Assembly: GCA_963849325.1 (NCBI GenBank)
Contig: CAWKHF010000005.1
Span: 1,088,001-1,152,000, forward strand
DNA length: 64,000 nucleotides
Source: an uncultured Planctomycetota bacterium
Lineage (GTDB): Bacteria > Planctomycetota > Planctomycetia > Gemmatales > Gemmataceae
Reading direction: 5' to 3'
A model generated the notes under the pieces. The model saw only the letters and a program-made list of their open reading frames with translations, was not told where the DNA came from and searched no databases. Positions within the stretch are counted from its first letter, which is position 1. Every line of letters starts with the position of its first letter. A program made the position numbers and the translations under genes. This document shows positions 48,272 through 59,297 of the stretch, piece after piece.

Positions 48272-49151
48272 CGGGCACCGGTCGCGGTGCCGTCTTGTCG
48301 GGTCCGGCGACTGTGCGTCCCAGCGCGATGGAGAGGAACCACTCGGCGCCGGGTCCGTCGGCGATGGCCTGCTGATACTTGTGCAGGACGTGCAGCAAGC
48401 GTTGACTGCCCGGCAGCTCCGGGCGCGTGGCCATTTGCACGAGGGCGTCCGGCAGTGCGGTCATCAGGTAGCGGGCCGCCTCCGCCTTGTCTTCGCCGAC
48501 GCTTTTGTCGGCGTACTTACTGACCGCTTTCTCCAGCACGCGACCCGCACTGATTTTCTGGAGGGCGGCGAGATCCGCCGCCGCGAGGACGAGGGCGCGA
48601 TACGACTCCTCGCCCGACAACGCCGCCTGGAAACGAACATCACGCACGAAGTTGACCGTGTATTTCGTCTCGCCGCGTCGCGTCGCATCGACGTGGTGGA
48701 AGATTTCGTGATGCAGCGTCGTCGGCAGCTGGGTGTCGCTGTAATAGGCGGCGGCGAGGGCGTTCTTGCCGTTGTAGATGCCGAAATAGCGATAGCCCTT
48801 CAGCCGCTCGTCGTAAGGTCGGAAGCCGTCGCCCTGGTGCGAGACGCAAGCGGCGAAGACGCCGACTGCCTTCAGTCCCATTTTCTCCAGGTAGCGCGGC
48901 GGCAACTTGTGGATTTCACGCAGGACGATTCGCGCCGCCCGTAGACGCCCCTCGGCGTCCAGCGGCGGCATGACGTCGTGATAGGCGCCCTCTGGCAAAT
49001 CCGTGGCCGTGAAAACCAGACGGGCGCCGGAATAGTCGGTGAATGCCTTCTGGAGCAGGGTGACCGATTCCGCGCCCGGCTCACGGCCGTGGAGAAAAGG
49101 AGCAACGCCTGCCGACAGGACGAGGGCGAGGACGGGAGACAGACGCTTCAC
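48264..49151 (-). CDS. Secreted protein with HExxH motif (putative zinc metallopeptidase)
   Basis: Signal peptide; TLHHEIFHHVD; downstream EDKAE. Confidence 0.65.
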   Translation of the reverse strand: MKRLSPVLALVLSAGVAPFLHGREPGAESVTLLQKAFTDYSGARLVFTATDLPEGAYHDVMPPLDAEGRLRAARIVLREIHKLPPRYLEKMGLKAVGVFAACVSHQGDGFRPYDERLKGYRYFGIYNGKNALAAAYYSDTQLPTTLHHEIFHHVDATRRGETKYTVNFVRDVRFQAALSGEESYRALVLAAADLAALQKISAGRVLEKAVSKYADKSVGEDKAEAARYLMTALPDALVQMATRPELPGSQRLLHVLHKYQQAIADGPGAEWFLSIALGRTVAGPDKTAPRPVPVK

Positions 49152-49178
49152 GTTGGACTCCTCTTCACGCCGCACTCT

Positions 49179-49231
49179 TCCGAGCCTGAAGCGTAAGCGA
49201 AGAGTTTCCTTCGCTTACGCTTCAGGCTCGG
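49179..49231. repeat. REP-like palindrome, family E
   Basis: TCCGAGCCTGAAGCGTAAGCGAAG / CTTCGCTTACGCTTCAGGCTCGGA. Confidence 0.85.
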
Positions 49232-49247
49232 ACCCAAAACTTTTGCC

Positions 49248-50496
49248 CTACGAAATCGGCGTCTTCTCCACCTGCTGGTTAGCGTACTTAAAATAATTGT
49301 CCCAGGTCCAGTCCAGCATTTCCAGCGCCTTGTCGATCGGCTGGGCGTGGTAGGCGTCGCCGGCCTTGCGGACGATCTTCAAGCGCTCCAGCTTGGCCAG
49401 GGCGTCGCCGATCTCGAAATCGACCTTCAAGTTGGCGCTGCCTTCCAGATACATCTCGACGTAATCGTCGAGCTGCGCCGCCGTCCAGCCTTCCGGCGGC
49501 GCGTACTTCCACAGGCAGAAGTAGGCCAGGAACGTCTCGCGGCACTCCTGCTCCTCGGCCTCATCGAGCAGGCGCATGAGCACGCCGGTGTTGTTATCGA
49601 GGCTCTTGAAATACAGGCTTTTGGTCAACTTCAAGCTGTAATCCTGCTTCTTGACCTGGTAGCTGTGGTAAGACTTGTAGCCGTAGCCGCCCAGGGCAGC
49701 GGCCACACCCCAGGTGGCCGCGGCGCCGATGCCCGACGCCAGCGCCCCCATCTCCAGCTTGCTCAACTTCGGCACGATCTGACTGCCGATCTCCCAGAGC
49801 ATGATGCTGACGCCCCCCACCAGCGGATAGGCGATCATCGCCTTGTCCAGCCGCGTCATGCGCACCCGCGCCGGGCAGCAGCATGTCCTGGTCGGCCTTG
49901 GGAATGTCCTTGAAAATCTTCAGGTACACCCGCGACGTATCGATGTCGTGGTCCAGCCGCTTGTGCGGCCGCAGCTTCACGATCAGGACCAGGCGCTGGT
50001 ACAGCGGGACATGCCATTCCTCCTTGCGCCACAACTTCGACCACGAACGCCGGTGCATGCGGCCCATCACGTCGCCGCGGACGAACACTTCCAGGCGCTC
50101 GAACATGCCGAGATCGACGTGCGTGTGGACGCCCGAGATGGTGGCGACCTCCTGGAGCGCCTCCATCATCTCGTCGCGGCCCAGCCGCTTGAAGTTGGCC
50201 CGCTCCATCAATGCCGTGAACTTCTGAAACAGCCGTTCCTCGTCCTGGTCCCGCTCCTCGGCGGAGGCGGGTCGGAGGGACTTCGTGTCGGCGTCCGGGT
50301 CGAACGGCGCATAAGAATCCTTCAACTCCTCCAGCTGTTTGAGATACTCAAAGTGGAATACCGATGAGACGAGGATACAGAACTGTCGGAACGACTCGCG
50401 CTCGGCGGCCGGCAGTTGTTTGTCCTTGCAGAGCAGTTCGATCAGGTCGCTCTTGCGCAGCGGGATGAAGTGCTCGCGGTCCTTGTACTCGGCCAT
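49248..50496 (-). CDS. TMEM143/DUF3754 family protein (frameshift near 49865)
   Basis: EHFIP, Y.PFDPD, LKIFKDIPKAD, LYFKSLDNNTGV, EAEEQE and VDFEIGDALAKL. Confidence 0.8.
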
Positions 50497-50532
50497 GGAC
50501 GAACCCTCCCAGGTGGCGTCAGTCGAAGCGTT

Positions 50533-51764
50533 TCAATGTGCCTTTTGTTCTCCGTTGGCGCCCATGCGCGACGGATACAGCAACGGGTGATTTCCGCCGG
50601 GTTGCAGCATCTCCACGGCCCGCGCCAGCGGCAGGGCGCGGCAACGACCATCCGCCTCCTCAATGAGATGCAAGCGCCGCAGTTGCGTCAGGGCCGCGTT
50701 GTTGCGGCACAAGAGGGCGAGATCGGCGTAGCGATCGAGGTACAATTCGACCGAGGCGTCGAGGTCGGCCGCGGTCCAGCCCTCCGCGCCGGCGTAGCGC
50801 CACAGGCACCAGTAGGCCAGGATGACCAGGCGGCACTCCTGCTCCTCGGCCTCGTCGAAGCAGGCGCATCAGGACGCCAGCGTTACTGTCGAGGTTCTGG
50901 AAATACAGGCTCTGCGTCAGCGTCAAATGGTAGCGCTGCTTGGTCTGCTGATAACCGTAGAAGGACTTGTAGCCGTAGCCGATGCCGCCGGCGGCCAGCG
51001 CCCACATCGTATTGGGCGACGACAGGGAGCGCTCGAGGACCGCGGCCATGTCCTGCAGGACGTTCCACGCCGCCAGGGCCAGGCCGCTGAGCAACGGCAG
51101 ACCGATCTTGCCGCGATCCAGTCGGCTCAATCGCACTCGCGCCGGGCAGCAGCATCAGCACGTCCAGCTTGGGAATGTCCTTGAACAGCTTCAGGTAGAC
51201 GTTCTGCGTATCGATCGGCCCGCGCAAACGAGGGTGCGGACGCAGCTTGAGGACCAGCACGAGGCGACGGTAGATCGGCACCTCCGCCTCCTCCAGACGG
51301 TTGAGCCGATACCAGCGGCGACGGCTGCGCGTCTGCACCGTGGCGCCGCGGGCGAAGATGGCAACGTGCTCGAAGGCGCCGAAGTCCACGTCCATGTGGA
51401 CGCCCCAATCGCTGGCGCGATCGAGGGCCGGCTCGATTTCGCCACGGCTGAGATGCTTGAACCCGGCACGTTCGAGCAGCCAGCCCAGGTCGCTCAGCAG
51501 CCCGTTGAGGCGCGCCTGTCGTTGCTCGGCGCTGGGCGGGAGAAGGCTGGTCGTGTCGCTGTCGGGATCGAAGGGCAGATAATCGCGTTTCAATTCCTGT
51601 AGCCGGCGGTGATACTCGCCGTGGTAGAGAATCGATACCCGCTCGCAGAAGGAGCGAAATAGCTCGCGGTCCTTCTCTGGGACCGCTCGGTCGGTGCAAA
51701 GCAGGTCGATCAACTCGCTCCGCGCCAAGGGGATGAAGTGTTCGGGGGCGGTCGAGGATTCCAT
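50533..51764 (-). CDS. TMEM143/DUF3754 family paralog (frameshifted)
   Basis: EHFIP, YLPFDPD, LKLFKDIPKLD and LYFQNLDSNAGV. Confidence 0.78.
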
Positions 51765-51787
51765 AGCGACGATTCCAAATATTTTTA

Positions 51788-51845
51788 TCCGAGCCTGAAG
51801 CGTAAGCGAAGGAATGGCTCTCTTCGCTAACGCTTCAGGTTCGGA
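51788..51845. repeat. REP-like palindrome, family E (imperfect)
   Basis: TCCGAGCCTGAAGCGTAAGCGAAG / CTTCGCTAACGCTTCAGGTTCGGA. Confidence 0.8.
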
Positions 51846-51858
51846 ATCGTTTGGGCGC

Positions 51859-52719
51859 CTACCACTCCAGCGCTTCCAGCCGGTCCTCCGGCGAGGTAAT
51901 CAACTCGTCGGCCAGTCGATCGAGGGCGCTCTGTACCTCGCTCATGCGCTCGGGGCGGTTGGCGGCGTTGAACGACAGGCAGCGATGAATCAGCTCGGCC
52001 AGGGCCGGCGGAGTCTGGGGGTCACACTCCGCAACCGGCTTGAGCATCCGCGTCCACATCTTGGCCTCGATGGGCAGACCGCCCTCCTTCTGGACCACGC
52101 TCGGCGGCAGGCGGAATGTTACCATGCGGTACATCGTCGCTCCGAGGTTGTAAATGTCGGTGCGTTCGTTGACCGTCTTGTGCGTGGCTTGCTCGGGGGC
52201 CATGTATTCCGGGGTGCCCTGCAAGCGGTGTTTGCCTTCGCCCTGGACCGTCGCCAGGCCGTAGTCGAGAATCTTCACGTCGCCGGAGCGGCTGAGCATG
52301 ATGTTGTTCGGCTTGAGGTCGGCGTGGTACACCTTGCGGCGGTGCATGTGGACCAGGCCGTCGGCCACGCACTTGAAGACCTGCACCAGCTTCGGCATCG
52401 GCATGGCCGGGCAGGTGTCGAGCGTCTTGCCGTTGACGTACTCGATCAGCAGATGCACCTTGCGGATGCGGAACAGCCAATCCTTGAGCGTCTCCAGGGC
52501 GTAGACCTTGATGAGGTTCTTGTGGTCGAGCATCTGCGCGACGCGGAACTCGTGCTGGGCCTGTTCCAGAAACTTGTGGTCCTCTTTGCTCCGAATGGGG
52601 ACGACCTTGAGGGCGTAGTTACGGCCGTCGGCGCTGCGATGGACGTGCAGGATGGTGCTGTGCGCCCCCGAGCCGAGGGTGCCGAGAATCTGAAATCGAC
52701 CGATACGAAAGTCACTCAT
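51859..52719 (-). CDS. Cytoplasmic Ser/Thr protein kinase
   Basis: LGSGAHS, YALK, HADLKPNN, DYG and GTPEYMAPEQ. Confidence 0.92.
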   Translation of the reverse strand: MSDFRIGRFQILGTLGSGAHSTILHVHRSADGRNYALKVVPIRSKEDHKFLEQAQHEFRVAQMLDHKNLIKVYALETLKDWLFRIRKVHLLIEYVNGKTLDTCPAMPMPKLVQVFKCVADGLVHMHRRKVYHADLKPNNIMLSRSGDVKILDYGLATVQGEGKHRLQGTPEYMAPEQATHKTVNERTDIYNLGATMYRMVTFRLPPSVVQKEGGLPIEAKMWTRMLKPVAECDPQTPPALAELIHRCLSFNAANRPERMSEVQSALDRLADELITSPEDRLEALEW

Positions 52720-52795
52720 GTTATCCGCTGTCCGCTGTGCGCTGTCTGCTCGCCGCGAGAAACTATGGTATCATGCGGGAGGGCGAGGCGGAAGA

Positions 52796-54202
52796 ATGAA
52801 GATCGAGCAACGGACCGCGGACCTGGAGGCGCTGACGCAGAGTTACGGCCGCGAGATCTTCGCGCGGCTGGGCCGAACCGGCGCCGTGCCGTTTTCGCCG
52901 TCGTGGTGGGACGAACGGCTCATGGAATGGAGCATGGGCGATGAAGCGGTCAAGCTCCAGTTGTTCCGCTTCGTCGATGTGCTGCCGCTGTTGCGTTCGC
53001 CGGAGTCGATCGCGCGTCATCTGCGCGAATACTTCGGCGAGGCCCGCGAGCGTCTGCCCGGCTGGCTGACGTTCGGCCTGCGCTGGCTGCCCCGTCACGG
53101 CCTGTTCGGCCGACTGCTGGCGAAGACGGCGTATCGCTCGGCCGAGCGCCTGGCCCGCAAGTTCATCGCCGGCTCGAACCTGAACGAAGCGCTCGACGCC
53201 ATCGCCCGGCTGCGGCGGCGCTCGCTGGCCTTCACCATCGACCGCCTCGGCGAAGCGACCATCACCGAGGCGCGAGGCCGAGCAGGCACAGGCGGAATAC
53301 CTCGATCTCCTCAACGGTCTGAGCCGCGAGGTCAACACCTGGCCGGCCAACGATCTCATCGACCGCGACGATCGCGGCCCGCTGCCGCGCGTCAATGTCT
53401 CGGTCAAGCTGTCGGCCCTGTACAGCCAGTTCGATCCGATCGACCCGGAGGGCACCAGCCAGGCCGTGCGTCGTCGTCTGCGGCCGATCCTGCACGCCGC
53501 CCGCGCTCAGTCCGCCTTCGTCAACATCGACATGGAGCAATACGCCTTCAAGGATCTCACGCTGCGATATTCCGCGAGGTGCTCGACGAAGACGACTTCC
53601 GCGACTGGCCGGACGTGGGCATCGCCATCCAGGCGTATCTGCGCGACACGGCCCACGATCTCGAAGACTTGGCGGCGTGGGCGCAGCGACGCGGCACGCC
53701 GGTGACGGTGCGGCTGGTCAAGGGAGCGTACTGGGATTACGAGACGATCCTGTCGGCCCAGCAGGGTTGGCCGAATCCGGTGTGGGCGCACAAGTGGGAG
53801 ACCGACGCCAACTACGAGCGCCTGACCGAGTTCCTGATCGACAACCGCCGTTGGCTGCGTCCGGCGTTCGGCAGTCACAACGTCCGCAGCCTGGCTCGCG
53901 GCCTCGCCCTGGCGCAGCTGCGCGGCCTGCCGCCGGGCAGCATCGAATGGCAAATGCTCTACGGCATGGCCGAGCCGATCAAGGACACCCTCGTGCGGCT
54001 CGGCCAGCGCGTGCGGGTATACACACCGTATGGGCAACTGTTGCCGGGGATGGCGTACCTGGTGCGCCGCTTGCTCGAAAACACGGCCAACGAATCGTTC
54101 CTGCGAGCCAGCTTCACCGAGCACGTGCCCGAGGAGCAGTTGCTCCGTAATCCCCTCGAAGACGGGCGGGTGTCGCGCGTAGAATGGGCGCTGGGCCACT
54201 GA
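52796..54202 (+). CDS. putA: Proline dehydrogenase (PutA N-terminal half), with compensating frameshifts
   Basis: KLQLFRFVDVLP, VNIDMEQY, IQAYL, VRLVKGAYWDYE, GSHN and AYLVRRLLENTANESF. Confidence 0.88.
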   Translation: MKIEQRTADLEALTQSYGREIFARLGRTGAVPFSPSWWDERLMEWSMGDEAVKLQLFRFVDVLPLLRSPESIARHLREYFGEARERLPGWLTFGLRWLPRHGLFGRLLAKTAYRSAERLARKFIAGSNLNEALDAIARLRRRSLAFTIDRLGEATITEARGRAGTGGIPRSPQRSEPRGQHLAGQRSHRPRRSRPAAARQCLGQAVGPVQPVRSDRPGGHQPGRASSSAADPARRPRSVRLRQHRHGAIRLQGSHAAIFREVLDEDDFRDWPDVGIAIQAYLRDTAHDLEDLAAWAQRRGTPVTVRLVKGAYWDYETILSAQQGWPNPVWAHKWETDANYERLTEFLIDNRRWLRPAFGSHNVRSLARGLALAQLRGLPPGSIEWQMLYGMAEPIKDTLVRLGQRVRVYTPYGQLLPGMAYLVRRLLENTANESFLRASFTEHVPEEQLLRNPLEDGRVSRVEWALGH

Positions 54203-54225
54203 TAGCCGCGGTGCGGAGGGCGACC

Positions 54226-54990
54226 ATGCCAATCCACGACTGGACTCGCGTCGATGCGGGTATCTTTCACGCCTTTCACCACGATTGGATCACCGAGATC
54301 GCGCGTGCGCTCAACCGCGGCCTTCTGCCGGCCGCGTATTACGCACTGCCCGAACAACTCGCCGGCGGTCTCGGACCCGACGTGTTGAGCTTGCGCAGAC
54401 CGAGTGGGAATGGCGCATCGCCGAACGCCGGTCCCCCGGAGGGAGGCGTAGCCCTTGCGGTGTCGCCACCGAAAGTCCGCATCCGAATGCACTCCGAAGC
54501 GAATCGATATGCGGCCAAGGCGAAAGCGGTGACGATTCGCCACGTGAGCGACCATCAGGTGGTGGCGATGGTGGAGATCCTTTCGCCGGGGAACAAGAAC
54601 AATCAGAATGGATTGAATGCCTTTGTGCGGAAAGCGCACGAAGCCCTCGCCGCTGGGATCCACCTGTTACTCGTCGATCTGTTCCCGCCTGGCCCGCGCG
54701 ACCCGCAAGGGATTCACCGTGCCGTCTGGGGCGACGATTGCGACGCGGACTACACTCTTCCCGCGGACAAACCCTTGACGTGCGTTGCTTACCTCGGCGG
54801 TGCCGACTCCGAAGCCTTCATCGAACTGGTTGCCGTTGGAGACAACCTGCTCGACATGCCGCTCTTTTTGACAGCGGAGGTGTACGTTTCCGTGCCGCTC
54901 GAAGCGACCTACCAGTCGGCGTGGGAGGGCATGCCGGCATACTGGCGCGACGTACTCACGGCCAGGCCGGAGCCGAGGGATAGCCCGTAA
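54226..54990 (+). CDS. DUF4058 family protein (restriction-endonuclease-like fold)
   Basis: MPIHDWTRVDAGIFHAFH, EILSPGNK and GIHLLLVDLFPPGPRDPQGIH. Confidence 0.8.
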   Translation: MPIHDWTRVDAGIFHAFHHDWITEIARALNRGLLPAAYYALPEQLAGGLGPDVLSLRRPSGNGASPNAGPPEGGVALAVSPPKVRIRMHSEANRYAAKAKAVTIRHVSDHQVVAMVEILSPGNKNNQNGLNAFVRKAHEALAAGIHLLLVDLFPPGPRDPQGIHRAVWGDDCDADYTLPADKPLTCVAYLGGADSEAFIELVAVGDNLLDMPLFLTAEVYVSVPLEATYQSAWEGMPAYWRDVLTARPEPRDSP

Positions 54991-55042
54991 GGGATGGGAA
55001 AGGAGGAGGACGCCGGAAACGCCGGTGGCCGCGTATACAGCC

Positions 55043-56641
55043 ATGAACCGTGACCTCCCGTCTTTCCGGGTCGAACCGCTGACCGACTTCGGCCGCGCCG
55101 AGACCCGCCAAATGATGCAGACAGCCCTCGCCCAGGTGTCGGCGCAGCTGGGCCGAACCTATCCCGTGGTGATCCGCAATCAAGCGCTCGGCGGCACAAC
55201 CTTCGATTCGGTGAATCCATCGCACAGCAAGCAAATCGTCGGCCGTTGCGGACGGGCCAGCGTCGAGCAGACACAGGAGGCCGTCGCCGCCGCCAAGACA
55301 GCATTTCCAGCATGGCGCGATACCCCGCCGGCGCAGCGTGCCGATTTCCTGTTCGCGGCGGCGAAGGTGATGCGGCGACGACGTTTCGAGCTGGCCGCCT
55401 GGCAGGTATACGAGTGCGGCAAGCCGTGGCGCGAGGCCGACGCCGACGTCGCCGAGAGCATCGATTATTGCGAGTTCTACGGCCGCGAGATGCTGCGCCT
55501 GGCCGTGCCGCGGCGGCGCGACGTGCCGGGAGAGGAGAACGTCTATTTCTACGAGCCGCGCGGCGTCACCGTCGTCATCGCGCCGTGGAACTTCCCCCTG
55601 GCCATCCTATGCGGCATGACCACCGCCGCCCTCGTCACCGGCAACCCCGTCGTCATGAAGCCGGCCGAGCAGTCCGCCGTCATCGGCGCCAAGCTCATGG
55701 AGGTGTTTCAGGACGTCGGGTTGCCTCCCGGCGTAGTCGCTTATTTGCCGGGCGTCGGCGAGGAGATCGGCCCGGCGCTCGTCGATCATCCCGACGTGGC
55801 CATGATCGCCTTCACCGGCTCGCGCGGCGTCGGCCTGCACATCAACCGCCAGGCGGCGGAAGTGCGGCCGGGACAGGACCACATCAAGCGCGTCCTCGCC
55901 GAGTTGGGCGGCAAGAACGCCATCATCATCGACGACGACGCCGACATGGACGAGGCCGTACACGGTACCGTCGCCAGCGCCTTCGGCTACGCCGGCCAGA
56001 AGTGTTCCGCGTGCAGCCGGGTCATCGTTCCCGAGTCGCTGCACGATGCCTTCGTCGCCCGCCTGGTCGAGGCGACGCGCAGCCTCACGCATCGGCCCCG
56101 CCGAGGACCCGGCTGCACCGTCGGGCCTGTCATCGACGCCGATGCCTACCAGCGCATCCTCGCCACCATCGAGAAGGGCAAGGGCCAGGGCCGGCTCGTC
56201 TACGCCGGCGACGTCGGCGCCTTGAAGGAGGAGGGCTACTACGTCGCGCCGCACATCTTCGATGACGTGAAGCCGGAGGCGAGTCTCGCTCAGGAAGAAA
56301 TCTTCGGTCCCGTCCTGGCGGTGCTGCGGGCGCGCGACCTCGATCACGCTCTGGAGATCGCCAACGGCACGACGTACGCGCTGACCGGCGGACTGTTCTC
56401 GCGCAGTCCCGAACACATCGCGCGCGTCAAGCGCGAGTTTCGCGTCGGCAACCTGTACATCAATCGCAAGATCACCGGCGCCCTGGTCGATCGCCAGCCG
56501 TTCGGCGGTTTCAAGATGTCGGGCATCGGCTCCAAGGCGGGCGGGCCGGATTACTTGTTGCAATTCGTCCTGCCGCGTACTATTACGGAGAACACCCTCC
56601 GCCGCGGCTTCGCCCCGGACGTCGGGGCCACGGAGTTGTGA
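55043..56641 (+). CDS. pruA: L-glutamate gamma-semialdehyde (P5C) dehydrogenase
   Basis: IAPWNFPLAI, FTGS, ELGGKN, GQKCSACSR, EEIFGP and GSKAGGPDYL. Confidence 0.92.
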   Translation: MNRDLPSFRVEPLTDFGRAETRQMMQTALAQVSAQLGRTYPVVIRNQALGGTTFDSVNPSHSKQIVGRCGRASVEQTQEAVAAAKTAFPAWRDTPPAQRADFLFAAAKVMRRRRFELAAWQVYECGKPWREADADVAESIDYCEFYGREMLRLAVPRRRDVPGEENVYFYEPRGVTVVIAPWNFPLAILCGMTTAALVTGNPVVMKPAEQSAVIGAKLMEVFQDVGLPPGVVAYLPGVGEEIGPALVDHPDVAMIAFTGSRGVGLHINRQAAEVRPGQDHIKRVLAELGGKNAIIIDDDADMDEAVHGTVASAFGYAGQKCSACSRVIVPESLHDAFVARLVEATRSLTHRPRRGPGCTVGPVIDADAYQRILATIEKGKGQGRLVYAGDVGALKEEGYYVAPHIFDDVKPEASLAQEEIFGPVLAVLRARDLDHALEIANGTTYALTGGLFSRSPEHIARVKREFRVGNLYINRKITGALVDRQPFGGFKMSGIGSKAGGPDYLLQFVLPRTITENTLRRGFAPDVGATEL

Positions 56642-56692
56642 CGGAACCGGATGCCTTCCCTGCCAGGCAACATTTTTCCGCGAGGACGCCTG

Positions 56693-57650
56693 ATGAAACA
56701 TGCTCTCTCGATTCTCGGTCTGCTCCTCCTCGCCGGGCACCCGGTCCTGGCCGACGCGCCCAAGGAATTCAAGGGACACGACGCCCTGGTCTACAGTCTG
56801 TGCCTTCAGCCCCGACGGCAAGACGCTCGCCACCGCCGGCTTCGACAACACCGTCAAGCTGTGGGACTTCGCCAGCGGGAAGGTGGTCCGCACCCTGAAT
56901 GGGCACACCGGCCCGGTCTACTGCGTCGCCTTCAGCAAGGACGGCAAGCTCCTGGCCTCGTCGAGCCTGGACAAGACCATCCGCCTGTGGAATCCCGCCG
57001 ACGGCAAGCTCCTCCGCGAGCTGAAGGGCCACACCGACATTGTTGATAGCGTCGCCTTCAGCCCCGACGGCAAGCTGCTCGCCTCGGGCAGCGCCGACAA
57101 GAGTGTGCGTCTGTGGAACCCCGCCGACGGCAAGGAGGTGAAGAACCTCGGCACGCATGCCAATCACGTCTACAGCGTCGCCTTCAGCCCCGACGGCAAA
57201 CGCCTGGCCTCGGGCGGAGCGGACACGGTCATCAAACTCTGGGACGTGGCGGCGCAGAAGGAGGCCAGCACGCTCAAGCTGCCGGCGGGGACCGTGACCA
57301 GCGCCGTGACCGGCGTCGTCTTCACGCCGGATAGCCAGCAGCTCGTGTCGATCGGCCAGGACCGTTTCGTGCGGCTGTGGAACGTCCAGACGGCGGCGCA
57401 GGTCAAGGAGATGGGTCCGACGCCCGATGACCTGTACGGCGTGGCCTTCTCGCACGACGGCAAATCGTTGGCGACGAGCGGTTACGCCGGTTACATCACG
57501 CTCTGGGATCTCGCCGCCGGCAAGGCGCTGGTGTCGCGCAAGCTCAAGGCGTTCGGCGCCTACTGCATCGCCTTCACGCCGGACGGCAAATCCGTCGTCA
57601 CCGGCCACGACAATCACAACTGCTACCTCAACCCGCTCAGCGCGCCGTGA
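56693..57650 (+). CDS. Secreted WD40 protein, single propeller (frameshift near 56800)
   Basis: Signal peptide MKHALSILGLLLLAG; about 7 WD40 repeats. Confidence 0.88.
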
Positions 57651-57735
57651 GGTTCGCGCTGCGGAGCATTTCTTCTTGGGCCAACGCTCCGAATCGATTA
57701 CACTCGATTCCGTAGACACGCCAGGGAGGAAGGAC

Positions 57736-59136
57736 ATGCTCAGCCTCTACGACAAGGGAACGCGACTGTGCGACGGCCTGACACGGCGCGAGTGGCTGCG
57801 CGTCGGCGGCCTGGGTGCGCTCGGCCTGTCTCTCCCGGCCCTGCTGGGGGAACGGACGCAGGCGGCACCGGCGAGTGGTTCGTCTTTCGGCAAGGCCAAG
57901 GCGTGCATCCTGCTCTTCCACCTGGGCGGGCCGCCGCAGCATGAGACCTGGGATCCCAAGGACGACGCCCCGGTCGAGATTCGCGGCGAGCTGAAGTCCA
58001 TCGCCAGCAACGTCCCCGGCATCCGCGTCGGCGAGTTGATGCCGCGCACGGCCCGCCTGCTCGACCGCATCTGCGTGCTGCGCGCCATGTCCACCGGGGA
58101 CAACGCCCATTCGTCGAGCGGCTACTGGATGCTCACCGGCGTGCCGCACCAGCCGATGAACTCGGAGAATGCCAAGCCGGGCGCTCCCAACGATTGGCCC
58201 TGCACCGCCGCCATCGTCAATCGCCTGCGTGCCGGCAAGAGCGGCCTGCCGGCGACGGTGTCGCTGCCCGAACCGATCTGGAACACCGGCATGATTTTCT
58301 GGCCGGGCCAGGACGGCGGCTTCCTCGGCCGCACCGCCGATCCGTGGATGGTCCGCTGTGACCCGTCCACGCCGAGCTTCCAGATCCCCGGACTGAGCCT
58401 GTCCCCGGAGGTGTCCGCCGAACGCCTGGGCGGCCGTTTGTCGCTCTTGCAGCAGGTAAACCGCCGCCTCGACGCGGTCGAGCGCGGCGAGGCCATCGCG
58501 CGCTTCGACCACCGCAGCCGGCAAGCGTTCGACCTGCTTCGCGCCGGCAAGGCCCGTCGCGCCTTCGACCTGGAGCGCGAGCCGCCGGCCCTGCGCGACC
58601 GCTATGGCCGCAACCGCTGGGGGCAGAGCGTGCTGCTGGCCCGACGCCTGGTCGAGTCCGGCGTGTCGCTGGTGCAGGTCAACTGGACGCGCATGCCCGG
58701 CGATACCGACGACAGCCCCGCCTGGGACACGCACAACCGCAACGCCCAGCGCCTGAAGAACAATCTGATGCCGCCGATGGACCTGGCTTATTCCGCCCTG
58801 CTGGAAGACCTGGAAGCGCGAGGGCTGCTTCACGAGACGTTGGTGGTATGGATGGGCGAGTTCGGACGCTCGCCCAAGATCAACCGTGGCGGCGGACGCG
58901 ATCACTGGGGCCGCGTCTTCTCGGTGGCCCTGGCCGGCGGCGGCGTCCGCGGCGGACAGGTACTCGGCGCCTCCGACAAGACCGGCGGTCTGCCGCGCGA
59001 GGGCCGCGTCCAACCACAAGACCTGACGGCGACGGTCTTCCACTGCCTGGGCCACGAAGCGCACACCGAGATTCACGACACGCTCGGTCGGCCGCTGGCC
59101 ATCAGCCGCGGCGAGGTCCTTCGCCAGGCCGTGTAG
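57736..59136 (+). CDS. DUF1501 domain protein
   Basis: CDGLTRREWLRVG, GGPPQHETWDPK, WDTH, GEFGRSPKIN and GRDHW. Confidence 0.93.
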   Translation: MLSLYDKGTRLCDGLTRREWLRVGGLGALGLSLPALLGERTQAAPASGSSFGKAKACILLFHLGGPPQHETWDPKDDAPVEIRGELKSIASNVPGIRVGELMPRTARLLDRICVLRAMSTGDNAHSSSGYWMLTGVPHQPMNSENAKPGAPNDWPCTAAIVNRLRAGKSGLPATVSLPEPIWNTGMIFWPGQDGGFLGRTADPWMVRCDPSTPSFQIPGLSLSPEVSAERLGGRLSLLQQVNRRLDAVERGEAIARFDHRSRQAFDLLRAGKARRAFDLEREPPALRDRYGRNRWGQSVLLARRLVESGVSLVQVNWTRMPGDTDDSPAWDTHNRNAQRLKNNLMPPMDLAYSALLEDLEARGLLHETLVVWMGEFGRSPKINRGGGRDHWGRVFSVALAGGGVRGGQVLGASDKTGGLPREGRVQPQDLTATVFHCLGHEAHTEIHDTLGRPLAISRGEVLRQAV

Positions 59137-59137
59137 A

Positions 59138-59204
59138 CCAGCCGCGAGCGCCAGCGAGCGGGAACACCGCTCCCTGACGGTCGCGGCTCGGACGGTCGCG
59201 GCTC
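59138..59204. repeat. REP-like palindrome, family C (degenerate)
   Basis: CCGCTCCCTGACGGTCGCGGCTCG with a duplicated GACGGTCGCGGCTCG. Confidence 0.7.
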
Positions 59205-59297
59205 GTCTGGAACTTGCTCTGGGAGGTCATCACCAGCCCCGCTATGATAGCTCGGCGCACCCGCGACGGGGCGCCGATGGTTTCTCAGGTGGACACG

